Below, in pieces: positions 9,249 to 19,591 of a stretch of DNA of 64,000 bases. The position numbers and the translations under genes were made by a program. The stretch's first letter is position 1. Each line of letters opens with the position of its first letter. Source of the stretch: a virus. Below the pieces are notes generated by a model. It saw only the letters and a program-made list of their open reading frames with translations. It made no database searches and was not told where the DNA came from. The stretch lies in the IMG/VR virus record IMGVR_UViG_3300014152_000001, positions 41,749-105,748 of that record. The stretch is one strand, 5' to 3'.

Positions 9249-9365
9249 TTAAGTCTGTTTGCTGGCCATCTCAAACTCGGCTTCCTTGTTCGCAATCTTA
9301 GCAGTGAACTTCTTATTTGTGACCTTAAGTGTTATCTCACGCACTTCATCAGGTGGAGTGACCAT
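9249..9365 (-). CDS. small protein (38 aa, MVTPPDEVREITLKV...)
   Basis: Own TATA-to-ATG block, nearly identical to that of 8843..9223. Confidence 0.5.
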   Translation of the reverse strand: MVTPPDEVREITLKVTNKKFTAKIANKEAEFEMASKQT

Positions 9366-9390
9366 AGGTTACATTGGGAGATGGAGGTAT

Positions 9391-10944
9391 TTAGGTATTT
9401 TCTTCTGGCTTTACCCTCAACTTCAGTGCTTTCTTAAAGGTCTTGACTATCAAGTCCTTAGATGAGAGTTCTCTCACCTTGATGGGTCTGAAGATGGGAA
9501 GTGTCCTTGTTCCAGATACTCTCACACCGATGGAACCCTTTACTGCTTGATGGAGTATCCGAGTAACACCAGAGAGATTCACACCTATCTCTCCTCGCAC
9601 CACCTGACTAATCCTCACTACTCCTTGTAGTCTAGACCCTATCGTTCCTGTTGTTATCTGTCCTGTTCTGACCACACCATTCAATGCGCCACCTATACTA
9701 CCACCTACCACCTGATGGAGTATCCTAGTGATACCAGTAAGATTGGCCCCTATCTCACCCCGCACCACTTGGCTGATGACTTCCTTTTCTGTGACTCTGC
9801 TACCCACTTCACCCTTTACAACATCTTTAGTGACCACCTTTCCAGATGTCTTCTCACCGATTTTACCCTTTACAACATCGTGGGTTCTGGACTTCTTAGT
9901 CTCCTTGACTCCAATCTCTCCTTTGACCATATCACTGGTTATGACCTTTGCTCTGAAACTCACACCGATTGTGCCATACACATCCTCGCCCTCTCTCTTT
10001 ACCTTCCCAGACTCTCCCGCACCTATCTCGCCTGATACCACATCGTTAGTGATTACCACTCCACTTACAAGTGTTCCAATCTCACCTGAGACGACCTGAT
10101 GGACTGCTACAACCCCATTTAGACTGTCTCCTATAGAACCAGCCACTACATCACTGGTAATCGGCACACCAGACATAACGATACCAACTTCTCCTGTGAC
10201 TTCTTGGTGGGTGATTTTCGTTACACCAGAGACTTGAGTTCCGATGCTTCCGGTTACCAAATCGTTAGTGATTGTTATTCCAGTTACATTGCCACCTACA
10301 ACTCCATTCACCTTTTGGTTGACGACCTCTGCTCCTGAGAGTGTGGTCCCTATGCTTCCGGCCACTGAGTCACTAACTACGACCTTTGCTGAAAGACTAA
10401 CACCTATCACACCAGAAGCCTTTACTCCACCTGCATTTGCCTTTCCAGACTCTCCTGCACCTATTTCACCCGACACTACATCGTTGGTGATTACTACACC
10501 AGAGACGGCATCTCCTATAGTCCCGCTTACTGTTTGGTGAGGTATCTGAGTTGCACCAGACACCGAGACACCAATACTTCCAGACGCTACATCATTGGTG
10601 TTTGTCTTTTCAGACACACTGGTTCCAATCGAACCTGAAACTACCTCGTTAACCACCACTTTTCCAGAGAGGTCTGCACCAGTGCCTATGTAGACATCAA
10701 CGTGTTCACCAGTGGTGGCCACACCCTTCAGTGCGGCTCCAACCGAACCTGTTACCTTCTGGCTTATATTCACAGCACCAGACGCTCTCGCACCCACATA
10801 ACCTTGAACCACTTGGCTAACCACAACCGTTGCCGAGAATCCGCTATGGACGGTCCCAGAGACAGAAATGGGCACGACTCCGCTATAAATCTCCTCTTCT
10901 TGAGGGAAGGGCGTAGTTAGGAAGTTAGCCTCTGGATATGACAT
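9391..10944 (-). CDS. Gly/Val/Ser-rich repeat protein, about 18-aa period (putative fibre or beta-solenoid)
   Basis: More than 20 copies of V(S/T/K/R)G(S/E/T)IG....SG; own promoter at about 10969. Confidence 0.65.
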   Translation of the reverse strand: MSYPEANFLTTPFPQEEEIYSGVVPISVSGTVHSGFSATVVVSQVVQGYVGARASGAVNISQKVTGSVGAALKGVATTGEHVDVYIGTGADLSGKVVVNEVVSGSIGTSVSEKTNTNDVASGSIGVSVSGATQIPHQTVSGTIGDAVSGVVITNDVVSGEIGAGESGKANAGGVKASGVIGVSLSAKVVVSDSVAGSIGTTLSGAEVVNQKVNGVVGGNVTGITITNDLVTGSIGTQVSGVTKITHQEVTGEVGIVMSGVPITSDVVAGSIGDSLNGVVAVHQVVSGEIGTLVSGVVITNDVVSGEIGAGESGKVKREGEDVYGTIGVSFRAKVITSDMVKGEIGVKETKKSRTHDVVKGKIGEKTSGKVVTKDVVKGEVGSRVTEKEVISQVVRGEIGANLTGITRILHQVVGGSIGGALNGVVRTGQITTGTIGSRLQGVVRISQVVRGEIGVNLSGVTRILHQAVKGSIGVRVSGTRTLPIFRPIKVRELSSKDLIVKTFKKALKLRVKPEENT

Positions 10945-10983
10945 CCTACAGTAGATAAAGCAGTAGACCTATTTAAAGTCATT

Positions 10984-11358
10984 TTAGGCGTTGAAAATCT
11001 GAATAATCGAAGCGAGAGGATAGACTCTGGCTGTGCCGCCTGTCTGTTTAACCGTGACCTTGTAGAGCATACCCAACTCAAGCAACTTGCCGTGAAGCCT
11101 CAAAAGCGGCTCTGTCTGAACATCTTTGAAGGTCTTTTGAAAGTAGATTCTTTGGTTGATTCCATCTACTGAGATATACTCAGTGACAATCGTAGTGTCT
11201 CCGGCTTGCATATTCCCAAGGTCGAGATACAACTCTGGAACGTAGTCAGCGGCTTGGGCGGCTATATTCACTACATCGGTTTCCACATTAAGGCTAGGGG
11301 AGATACTAGACTGAGCATCGGTCTTAGTCGTAATGGCGTAATTGGTCATCCCTACCAC
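10984..11358 (-). CDS. putative structural protein
   Basis: Beta-rich ORF in the structural region. Confidence 0.45.
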   Translation of the reverse strand: MVGMTNYAITTKTDAQSSISPSLNVETDVVNIAAQAADYVPELYLDLGNMQAGDTTIVTEYISVDGINQRIYFQKTFKDVQTEPLLRLHGKLLELGMLYKVTVKQTGGTARVYPLASIIQIFNA

Positions 11359-11386
11359 CTAAAGGAGTGTGCCCCTATTTGAGTCT

Positions 11387-11662
11387 TTATGGTTGCCGCC
11401 TTACAGTAGATTCTTTCGGCTTCTCGTTAACCTTCTCTTTGCCCTTGTTTTCCTCGTTAATCCGTTTTTGAACCTCTGCGGCTTTCTCTCTTGCATCCTT
11501 CTGTTCTTTCTGTAACTGATTCACAGCAATGTAGATGAGGCCAGTGATGTCGTCATCCAACTGTCTCACGGTCTGTCGTATCTGAGCGAACTTCGTCAGA
11601 ACGTCATTTGTGTCGTGAACATCGAACTCCTTCTGCGGCTGTTGGTTTTGATTCTGAGCCAT
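11387..11662 (-). CDS. coiled-coil protein
   Basis: Heptad pattern; promoter AGAATCTTTATATAG at about 11684-11698. Confidence 0.55.
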   Translation of the reverse strand: MAQNQNQQPQKEFDVHDTNDVLTKFAQIRQTVRQLDDDITGLIYIAVNQLQKEQKDAREKAAEVQKRINEENKGKEKVNEKPKESTVRRQP

Positions 11663-11736
11663 ACCAGATAGAGGGGAATCAATCTATATAAAGATTCTGA
11701 TGGAATGCTTTAAATAAGACGTTGCTCCTCTGTATC

Positions 11737-12984
11737 ATGAAGACAATGCCAGAACTCGTTCTTACAGCGGTAGTCAACCAACTTACCTCAACGGGTGGAA
11801 CACTCACTCTCTCACCCACAACAGGGCTAGGAGTTGTAGATGTATCCATTGCTCTTGCCCATGCTAATACTTGGTCTGGGTCACAGACATTCTATAGTTC
11901 GGGCCTGCTTCTCAATAATCCTGCTAATACCTTTGCCTACACCTTTGTAGGGGCGGCTATTGCGGCAAGTCACAACATCACTCTTCCTCTCTTAACTGGA
12001 AGCGACACTATGGCTGTGCTAGGGTTTGCTCAAACTTGGACTGCGGCACAGACCTTCTACAGTTCCGACTTCCTTATTAACAATCCTGCCAACACCTTTG
12101 CTTACACATTCGTAGGTGCGGCTATAGGCGCTTCACACGACATAACCCTACCATTGCTTACTGGAAACGATACAATGGCCGTCTTAGGGTTTGCACAAAC
12201 TTTCACTGCAACTCAGACCTTCCACGAGATAGACACTGCTACAGATGCTACCTATGCAATAGGAACGACAACCAATAGATGGACTTCAGTTCATGCTCAA
12301 AACTTCCAAGTAGAAGCCGCTTCAGGCGATGCCAACCCAACTGCCAAACTTACTAATGGAGCACTCTACTTTGGTGCGGGTGGAGCAAGCGCATTGGACA
12401 TTGAAATAAACCGCACAGGTTCGACAACCCTCACTATGACTGCTGGAACCTTTGCCTTTGGTAATACTGGTATCAGTATTGGTGGTGCGTCTTACGACAT
12501 TACCAAAGTCACTGCATTAGCCACAGGAGACATTGTTTTCTATGACGGGACCAATTGGATTAACTTGGCGGTTGGAGTCAGCACCAGTTATGTGCTTGGA
12601 GTCAGTGCCGGAAAACCATCATGGGTAACTTTCTCAAGTCTTGGTGGTGTCTCTGCTCCTCAGAACATATACACTGAGTATGAACTTCCAGATGTGGCTT
12701 CACATAACATCGCCACCTACACGCCAAGTGCGGCAGGAAATCTTATGCTTATGGTTTACTATAGAGTTACTGTGGGCGCAACTAATGTGACTCTTACTGC
12801 GACTTGGACAGACCAAGCAGGGGCGCAATCCTATTCATGGATGAGTGCCGTTTCAAACGCAACTGGTTCTTACTCAGTCCTGCCTTTGTTCATCAACAGT
12901 GCGGCTTCACAGCCAGTTACAATTGCGGCAACAGCCGGAACAGCAAACCAAGTCTACACAACTGCCTCAATAATGTTGATGTAA
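11737..12984 (+). CDS. tail fibre-like protein 1
   Basis: T/S/A/G-rich, internal repeat of about 53 aa, GDIVFYDGTNWINL motif; shares both termini with the next ORF. Confidence 0.65.
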   Translation: MKTMPELVLTAVVNQLTSTGGTLTLSPTTGLGVVDVSIALAHANTWSGSQTFYSSGLLLNNPANTFAYTFVGAAIAASHNITLPLLTGSDTMAVLGFAQTWTAAQTFYSSDFLINNPANTFAYTFVGAAIGASHDITLPLLTGNDTMAVLGFAQTFTATQTFHEIDTATDATYAIGTTTNRWTSVHAQNFQVEAASGDANPTAKLTNGALYFGAGGASALDIEINRTGSTTLTMTAGTFAFGNTGISIGGASYDITKVTALATGDIVFYDGTNWINLAVGVSTSYVLGVSAGKPSWVTFSSLGGVSAPQNIYTEYELPDVASHNIATYTPSAAGNLMLMVYYRVTVGATNVTLTATWTDQAGAQSYSWMSAVSNATGSYSVLPLFINSAASQPVTIAATAGTANQVYTTASIMLM

Positions 12985-12985
12985 A

Positions 12986-14428
12986 TTGGGTATTTTACAT
13001 CGGAGGACCAAGAAGAAGGATGCTACGTTAGTGTTGCCCGTCCTTAAACATGAATATTACCCTACTGGTGGCCTCAGTGCTGAAGCCCTCTACGCAGTCA
13101 CTCAACTTACTTCTACAGGTGGTTCTCTTACTCTCTCGCCTACAACCGGAATAGGAGTAGTAGATGTTAGTCACAATCTCAGTCACGCCAACACTTGGAT
13201 TGCTACCCAAGCCTTCGGGAATACCTACCTAAGTCTGGGTGGGGCCACATTCGATATAACCAAGAACACTGCGTTGGCTACAGGAGACATCATCATCTAC
13301 GATGGAACCAACTGGATTAATCTGGCGGTGGGCACTGGAAGTCAAGTGCTTGGAGTAAGCGGTGGAATCCCAACATGGGAAGCCGTGCCAGCAACAGCAG
13401 GAGTCACATCATTGGGCGGTGTGACGGGGGCCATAACTCTGAGTTCTGGGCTTTCAATGGCGGCTTCTGTTCTAACAGTTACCTTCCCAACTGTTGTTAC
13501 CTCTTTTGCGACAAAGACAGGAGCCATTACATTAGGTTCAGGACTCTCAATGTCCAGCAACGAATTAGACGTTACTTTTCCAACTGTAGTCACAAGTTTT
13601 GCTACTAAGACAGGAGCGATTACACTAGGCTCAGGTCTTTCAATGTCGAGCAACGAATTAGATGTTACATTCCCAACTGTAGTGACCTCATTGGGCGCAC
13701 AAACGGGAGCCATTACTCTAAGTTCGGGACTTTCAATGGTAGGGTCTGTTCTTACGGTGACATTTCCAACTGTTGTCACCTCAATAGATTCATTGACTGG
13801 AGCAGTGACTACATCAAGTCCAAACAGCACTCTATCTCTTAGCACGACATCTCAGAATAGGAACTTTGACATCAATCTTGGCAACGCCAACAGTTGGACT
13901 GGCGTTCAGTCTTTTGGTAATACCTACCTAAGTTTGGGCGGAAAAGCATTCGACATCACTAAGAACACTGTGTTGGCTACAGGAGACATCATTTTCTATG
14001 ATGGAACCAACTGGATTAACTTGGCGGTTGGGGCCAGTGCCAGTTATGTGCTTGGAGTCAGCGGTGGTCTACCAGCATGGGTTGTAGGTAGCAATCCTCT
14101 TGTAGCGAGTGCTAAAGAAACCAAGTTAACAACTACAGGTGCTACCAACGTAATCAATTACACTACAGTCGCGGCTGGAAACTATGCCGTCAATGTATAC
14201 TTCAGAGTCGTCACTGGGGCTACCGTAGTAACGCTTACTTACGTTTGGACAGACGTTACCGGAGCGCAATCCTACACTTACCTCAGTGCCGTCTCAGAAT
14301 CTACTGGCTCCTACACTATGCAACCACTCTTCTTCAATGCGACAAATAGCAGTGCCATCCAAGTCACTGCCACCGCTGGAACGGCCAACCAAGTGTATGT
14401 CTCAGCATCGGTGATATTAGAATCATGA
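12986..14428 (+). CDS. tail fibre-like protein 2 (31-aa VTS..G.TGAITL repeats)
   Basis: Fibre-type VTS/TGAITL repeats; two GD..YDGTNWINL motifs; paralogous to fibre 1. Confidence 0.7.
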   Translation: MGILHRRTKKKDATLVLPVLKHEYYPTGGLSAEALYAVTQLTSTGGSLTLSPTTGIGVVDVSHNLSHANTWIATQAFGNTYLSLGGATFDITKNTALATGDIIIYDGTNWINLAVGTGSQVLGVSGGIPTWEAVPATAGVTSLGGVTGAITLSSGLSMAASVLTVTFPTVVTSFATKTGAITLGSGLSMSSNELDVTFPTVVTSFATKTGAITLGSGLSMSSNELDVTFPTVVTSLGAQTGAITLSSGLSMVGSVLTVTFPTVVTSIDSLTGAVTTSSPNSTLSLSTTSQNRNFDINLGNANSWTGVQSFGNTYLSLGGKAFDITKNTVLATGDIIFYDGTNWINLAVGASASYVLGVSGGLPAWVVGSNPLVASAKETKLTTTGATNVINYTTVAAGNYAVNVYFRVVTGATVVTLTYVWTDVTGAQSYTYLSAVSESTGSYTMQPLFFNATNSSAIQVTATAGTANQVYVSASVILES

Positions 14429-16674
14429 CCAAGTTTGCTGATAACACTCTCTATTATCTTCCTGTTACGCTGACTAACAGTGCAAGTGGGGCTACTTCGG
14501 CAAATCTTCAGGTTAAGATAACAGTCAACTCAAACACCTACAATTCTTATGAAGCCTCGAACCTAATTAATCTTAATTGGCAGGACGGTGCGGGAAACAT
14601 CCTCAACTCTTGGCTCGAAAGCGGTTTGACGAATGCTTCGACTGCGAGTGTCTATTGGGTCAATCTCGGAAGCCTCACCATTGCAGGAAGCAATGGCACC
14701 TTAGTAATCTATCTGTGCTTTTACAACACATCAACAAACAATTTTAGTTCAGGAGGCACGACAGGCGCACAACCGAACTTCGATGGAACCTATGGTCATT
14801 ATGATAACGGGTCTCAGGTCTTCGATTACTACACAGACTGGCCTAGCACAAGTCTTCCATCAGGATGGATTGTGGGCACAGGAACGGGCTCCAGCGTTAG
14901 CAATGGATTGATATTAACGTCTACCAGTGCAACTACTGAAGTATATTACAACGTGGCAATCAACTCAAAAACTGAGATTCTTGAGGCTTACGAGTCAGCC
15001 ATTGGGTCGGCCAACGCTGTCTATCCTCTTGGTCTAAGCACGACAGGTAACTCAGGCAACCCTTATGGTGCTTCCTCTGTTGCATGGGCCATGAGACTAA
15101 ATGCTGTCAATGGAACTTGGGCTGAGTTCAATTGGAGTTCTGGTGCGTCAAACGCAGTTGCCGATACAATTACAGGAGCCGTCAACACATACCATGTAAT
15201 CTCTCTCTGGGAAAACGGCACGACTAACATCCAAGGACTCTACGATTACGCTAACGGGACGAGCAACGCTGTCGATTACGTTGCTGAAACCGTGCAATAC
15301 ATCTTCTTACAAATCAACGCCAATTCATCAACTGTGAATGTGGCATGGCTCAGATACCGTCAGGCTCCGCCTTCTTACACCGCACCAACATCAGCCTTTG
15401 GCTCAATAACAGTAGTTACTGTAATCCATTGGGTCGAACCAAGTCACACACACGCAATAGCCGCACCCACGACAGGCTCAGGTCTATTAACACTGATTAA
15501 CGGTGGCCTTGTTACAGGAGTATACATGGCTCTTGGTTCTCTCACCACCGCACCCGGATTTACAAGTGTTGCGACTTCTGTAAGTGTAGGGTCTTCGATT
15601 CACACTCATACAATGAATGCGAGTGGAACGGCCTGTGCAAGTGGTGCTTGTATAAGTAGCAATAACACTGCCGCGGCATCATCATCAACATCTGTTGCGG
15701 CCACAGCCAACTATACTAACTTTGTGACCGGAAGAAACTCAGATACAACTGGGACTTTTTGGTCAGGGGTTAACACCACAAGTGGAAGTCCAGTAACAGT
15801 CATACCTGTCAATACAGGTAACACCACTCAAACCTACGTTGCCTCTGTAACCTACGTTCTACCGATTCATACGCATTCAATAGCCGCGGCTACCACTGGA
15901 AGTATTCTAACTTCAGCAAGTGGAACTGGTAGTGCTACTGTTGTTACTGGCGGATGCGTATTTAACACCAATGGCTTTTTCACCACTTTCACAGGCACAA
16001 CTGGAACGACCTCAACTCATACTCATACAGAAACGGGTGCTGGTAGTGCTTGCACCTTAGGAACTTGTGTTAATGCTGGAAACACAGGTTCTCCATCCGC
16101 CACAACAGCCATATTAGGCTCAAGTAACTCCACAAATTTTGTTACAACTATGACCAGTGCTACCACTACAGGTGGTGTTAACACCGGAATATCAACAACC
16201 CCGGTAACGGTTGTAACAGCTATTCCTGCTTCAACAGGAAACAATACTCAGACTGCCACTCTTCCTGTGCCCATCCACACTCATACGATAGGGGCGGCTG
16301 GCACTACCACATTCATTGCAACTGCAACCGCAGTCACTTCTACTGCTCTTACATCCGTTGGTTCCCTCGTCACTGGAACAGCCTGTGTAAACGGAATAAA
16401 TAATACCGTAGTAGCAGGCAATAGTCATATTCATGCCCAAGGAGCCACTGGAAGCAGTTGCGTTGTAGGAACTTGTGTTAAAAATGGGGTAGATGTGACG
16501 GGTGCTCCATCTAACACGGTATCTGTTTGTTTTTCAGTCGCTACCACTTCTTCTACTCCCGCAACCAGTAGAAATTCAGATACTACTACCAGCGGCCTTA
16601 CTAACACAAGTAATACTACTAAGAGTTGCGTTACCAGCATCCCTTCCACCACAGGGGCGAATGTAACACCATGA
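14425..16674 (+). CDS. DUF2341-like domain plus His/Cys-motif fibre (putative adhesin or receptor-binding protein)
   Basis: N-terminal LPVTLTN...SWLESG...YWV..YDNG..VF; C-terminal three repeats containing HTH/HIH and CxxGxC. Confidence 0.65.
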   Translation: MTKFADNTLYYLPVTLTNSASGATSANLQVKITVNSNTYNSYEASNLINLNWQDGAGNILNSWLESGLTNASTASVYWVNLGSLTIAGSNGTLVIYLCFYNTSTNNFSSGGTTGAQPNFDGTYGHYDNGSQVFDYYTDWPSTSLPSGWIVGTGTGSSVSNGLILTSTSATTEVYYNVAINSKTEILEAYESAIGSANAVYPLGLSTTGNSGNPYGASSVAWAMRLNAVNGTWAEFNWSSGASNAVADTITGAVNTYHVISLWENGTTNIQGLYDYANGTSNAVDYVAETVQYIFLQINANSSTVNVAWLRYRQAPPSYTAPTSAFGSITVVTVIHWVEPSHTHAIAAPTTGSGLLTLINGGLVTGVYMALGSLTTAPGFTSVATSVSVGSSIHTHTMNASGTACASGACISSNNTAAASSSTSVAATANYTNFVTGRNSDTTGTFWSGVNTTSGSPVTVIPVNTGNTTQTYVASVTYVLPIHTHSIAAATTGSILTSASGTGSATVVTGGCVFNTNGFFTTFTGTTGTTSTHTHTETGAGSACTLGTCVNAGNTGSPSATTAILGSSNSTNFVTTMTSATTTGGVNTGISTTPVTVVTAIPASTGNNTQTATLPVPIHTHTIGAAGTTTFIATATAVTSTALTSVGSLVTGTACVNGINNTVVAGNSHIHAQGATGSSCVVGTCVKNGVDVTGAPSNTVSVCFSVATTSSTPATSRNSDTTTSGLTNTSNTTKSCVTSIPSTTGANVTP

Positions 16675-16913
16675 AAGTAGTCTTAGAAGGGAAGGACATC
16701 AAAGAATGCAGTTGCAAGACTGGCGGTGCTATCGCAGAGGAATTTATCTGGGCCTTGGAAAAGGGATGGATTGCCCTCTTTTGCGACATATGTAAACAGA
16801 GGATTGAACTGAAAGATATTGTCATTTTCGCGCCAAGAGCAGTGCAAGAAGACCCAATCTTCTATCATTTGGATAAGAAGTGCTTCAAAGAGTGGTTGGC
16901 CAAAAATCCTTAA
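16671..16913 (+). CDS. small zinc-finger protein
   Basis: CSC, CDIC, H...C; ATGA overlap with the upstream gene. Confidence 0.5.
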   Translation: MKVVLEGKDIKECSCKTGGAIAEEFIWALEKGWIALFCDICKQRIELKDIVIFAPRAVQEDPIFYHLDKKCFKEWLAKNP

Positions 16914-17087
16914 ATAGCCTCAAATCGTAGATAGAACCATGATTCTGTGCGACAAGTGTGGAAAGCCTATAGACATTGCTTCAGGTTACTATACTGCCAC
17001 TGTAAATGTTATGATGGCAGGAGAAGTGCCAACAATCTATCAGTTCCACAAAGACTGTCTAAAAGCCATTGCTACTTCTACGACTGT

Positions 17088-17744
17088 CTAAGTAACGGTT
17101 ATTGTGTAGGTTACTCCGACAGTTCCAGCAGGTGAGACAACGTATCCAGCCGCACCGTTGGTTTGGTCATGAGCGAGTAGGAAGTAAGTTGGTCCTGCAA
17201 CGAGACTTGCAAGGATGACGTAGATGCCGATGTTGCCGTAGGTCTCGTTGGCTAGAGAAGTGTTGTTGAAGGTTCCAGTAATCGTGGTGATGCTACTTGT
17301 GTAAGGTGGTCCAATAACTGGAAGACGAGTGACGGTTCCTGTTATGAGGGCGGCAGTAGGACTATCAGGATTAGGAATACCTGTTACAATCTCACTCTCT
17401 ATGATATAGTCATCAGCACTAGGAGCAGTTGTGCCAGTTCCAGCACCAATCTCGAAAGTGCCGGGAGTCATGAGGGCTGTTCCATCCCAAGCAGTTCCGG
17501 TTGAATCTGTCATGGGAGTGCCTGTAGTGGGTGTATTGAAAATCTGAGTGATAATCATAGAAGTGAAGTTGCCTGTTCCCATGTCATACTCTTTATTGGT
17601 TATCCCAATCAACCCGCCTTGACATCCTGCATTCGAGTCGGGCTGGCCTCCTTTCAACCCGTCCCAATGGGCATAACTGTGTTCAGGACAGGGGTTCCTT
17701 GCTACAATCTTCAGCCCTATTCTTAGACCACCGAAACCAGACAT
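17088..17744 (-). CDS. putative minor tail/baseplate protein
   Basis: IGAGTGTTAPSADDY..ESE motif typical of tail-fibre anchoring domains. Confidence 0.55.
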   Translation of the reverse strand: MSGFGGLRIGLKIVARNPCPEHSYAHWDGLKGGQPDSNAGCQGGLIGITNKEYDMGTGNFTSMIITQIFNTPTTGTPMTDSTGTAWDGTALMTPGTFEIGAGTGTTAPSADDYIIESEIVTGIPNPDSPTAALITGTVTRLPVIGPPYTSSITTITGTFNNTSLANETYGNIGIYVILASLVAGPTYFLLAHDQTNGAAGYVVSPAGTVGVTYTITVT

Positions 17745-17787
17745 ATCTAACCTATTATTGGGGAGAGGAGTATTTAAGGATGGTGGT

Positions 17788-18489
17788 CTAGTGCTGTTGG
17801 ATATTCTGAGTCAAGACCCAAGTTTGCCCTGCCCCCTTCACGGCTTGGTTGCTTACATATCTGTTGTAGAGACCGATGTTTGGCGTTGCACTCCCCGTTC
17901 CTGAGTTTTCATAAGACGTAACGGCTGAAAAGTCGGAAGTAGGGAGAGTCCACCCGTAACTTCCATCCCAATCAGGGGTTCCATCGTTGTCAACTCCAAA
18001 GGATTGCCATCCTGTGGCCCATTCAGCAATGCCGGGGCCAAAAGTCGCTTGCCATGTGACCGTATCCCCAGAAACCTGTGGATAGCCAGCATCTACATTC
18101 ATTGCATAGAAGTTGTTGGTAGCGGAAGGATTGTTGCTAGGATTGGTGTAACTCGTATCCACGAAATTCTGACTAGCATCGAAAGCGGTGGTGTCATCCG
18201 AAACACAAAGCCTTGAAATTGTAAGGGAATACGAAGGTGAGCCAGTGTTAGCAAGAGCACCAATTAGCAGATTCCATCCAAGTGTCTTACCAAAATTAGT
18301 CAAACCATTAGGCCCAGACTCGGACTTATTGATTAGTCTTTTGGGAAAATGTAGAGCCGCTTCTGCGGCAGAGTGCCCTGCCTTCGTGAACTTGGCAACC
18401 TCGCCATCTGGGTCTTTGAAGCGAGTGATACCCCATGTAATGCCTCTGGGTGAGGAAAGTCTTTGAATCGATACACTTTCTGTGGCCAT
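17788..18489 (-). CDS. putative minor tail/baseplate protein
   Basis: NGLTNFG...DAGYP...TWQATF...W..FG...LYNR...K..GQTW pattern; start MATESV follows a TATA box. Confidence 0.55.
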   Translation of the reverse strand: MATESVSIQRLSSPRGITWGITRFKDPDGEVAKFTKAGHSAAEAALHFPKRLINKSESGPNGLTNFGKTLGWNLLIGALANTGSPSYSLTISRLCVSDDTTAFDASQNFVDTSYTNPSNNPSATNNFYAMNVDAGYPQVSGDTVTWQATFGPGIAEWATGWQSFGVDNDGTPDWDGSYGWTLPTSDFSAVTSYENSGTGSATPNIGLYNRYVSNQAVKGAGQTWVLTQNIQQH

Positions 18490-18625
18490 TCTAAGATATA
18501 ATGGGCAGTAGGAGTATTTAAGTATGTTGAAAAATCGTGGGAAGAGGAGTGGTCCAGTAAAGGCGACCACGCCTCAACTTTGTCAGTTAACCGTGCTTAG
18601 AGGTTCGATATTGGCTTTCCGGTGA

Positions 18626-19576
18626 CTACAATGACCTTAGACCTGTTAATTGCACGACACTCTCCGGGTATGTGATAACCGGGGCATAGCGAGCAGTGAT
18701 AACAATGTCTATCGAATCGAAAGTAGGTTGAGGCCAGACATCCACACTGATGGGTCTCTTCGTTGCGAAGTAACCCAACGGTGCATATGAGGCTGAATAG
18801 TTGCTACCAGCCGCGGCAAGGACGTATGCGCGTCCATCGAAGCCGCTGTTTGGTAACAGTGGAGCCTGTGGGATGTTCGGGGTGACTATCTGCTTCAGTC
18901 CATACAACTGAGGTGCTGAAACCACTGTTCCAGTTCCCTGAGCGTATACGGGCTGTCCGTAGAAGAGTAGGGCGGCAAACTGAGGTATCCTTGACAGGTC
19001 TTGATGAGCCATTGGGTTCATCGCAATCGTGTCAGGTTCCAAAGCAAGGTTCTGTATCACTTGCTTCGCCTGAGTTATGTCGTTAATCCCTATTGTTCCA
19101 CCATACGCAGTTGTCGTCCCATCCATGAACACTGAAGCCCCTGTAACGGGCTGTGCGATGCCGTGACCAGCCGGGGCATTGAGTGCTTTCTCAACGTCTT
19201 GGTCGATGGTCATAACGACCCGTCTCGCGGCTCGTTTCAGTTGGTCTTCTACAATGTTCACTATTTGGTCTTCAATCAACTCTCTAGTGACTCGGACTCT
19301 CATACCCACCTTGTAAGGTGTAACGGTAATCGAGTCGTAAGGTGTGAAGTCAGCCATAATCTCGGCTCCCTCTGCCGTCTTTCCTATGACGGCTGTAGCA
19401 CGAGCACCCTTCTGCTTCGGTATCGAAGCAGTCGCTCCAACCTTGATGAAGAAGTCCTGAAGTAGAGGCTTCAATGCCAAGTTAGGCATTGTGAGTTCTA
19501 CTATCCTCTTCGCCAGTGCTGGATAGAATAGAGCACCTGTGTTAACTATTGGGAACTGTTCACGAGTCATAGCCAT
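18626..19576 (-). CDS. major capsid protein (HK97 fold)
   Basis: 316 aa; AEGAEI...ITVTPYKVG.RV.VTRELIED, PDTIAMNP, LYGL..IVTPNIP; AGGTGA Shine-Dalgarno; gene order protease-scaffold-cement-MCP. Confidence 0.9.
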   Translation of the reverse strand: MAMTREQFPIVNTGALFYPALAKRIVELTMPNLALKPLLQDFFIKVGATASIPKQKGARATAVIGKTAEGAEIMADFTPYDSITVTPYKVGMRVRVTRELIEDQIVNIVEDQLKRAARRVVMTIDQDVEKALNAPAGHGIAQPVTGASVFMDGTTTAYGGTIGINDITQAKQVIQNLALEPDTIAMNPMAHQDLSRIPQFAALLFYGQPVYAQGTGTVVSAPQLYGLKQIVTPNIPQAPLLPNSGFDGRAYVLAAAGSNYSASYAPLGYFATKRPISVDVWPQPTFDSIDIVITARYAPVITYPESVVQLTGLRSL

Positions 19577-19591
19577 TCTCTTTCACCTGTT

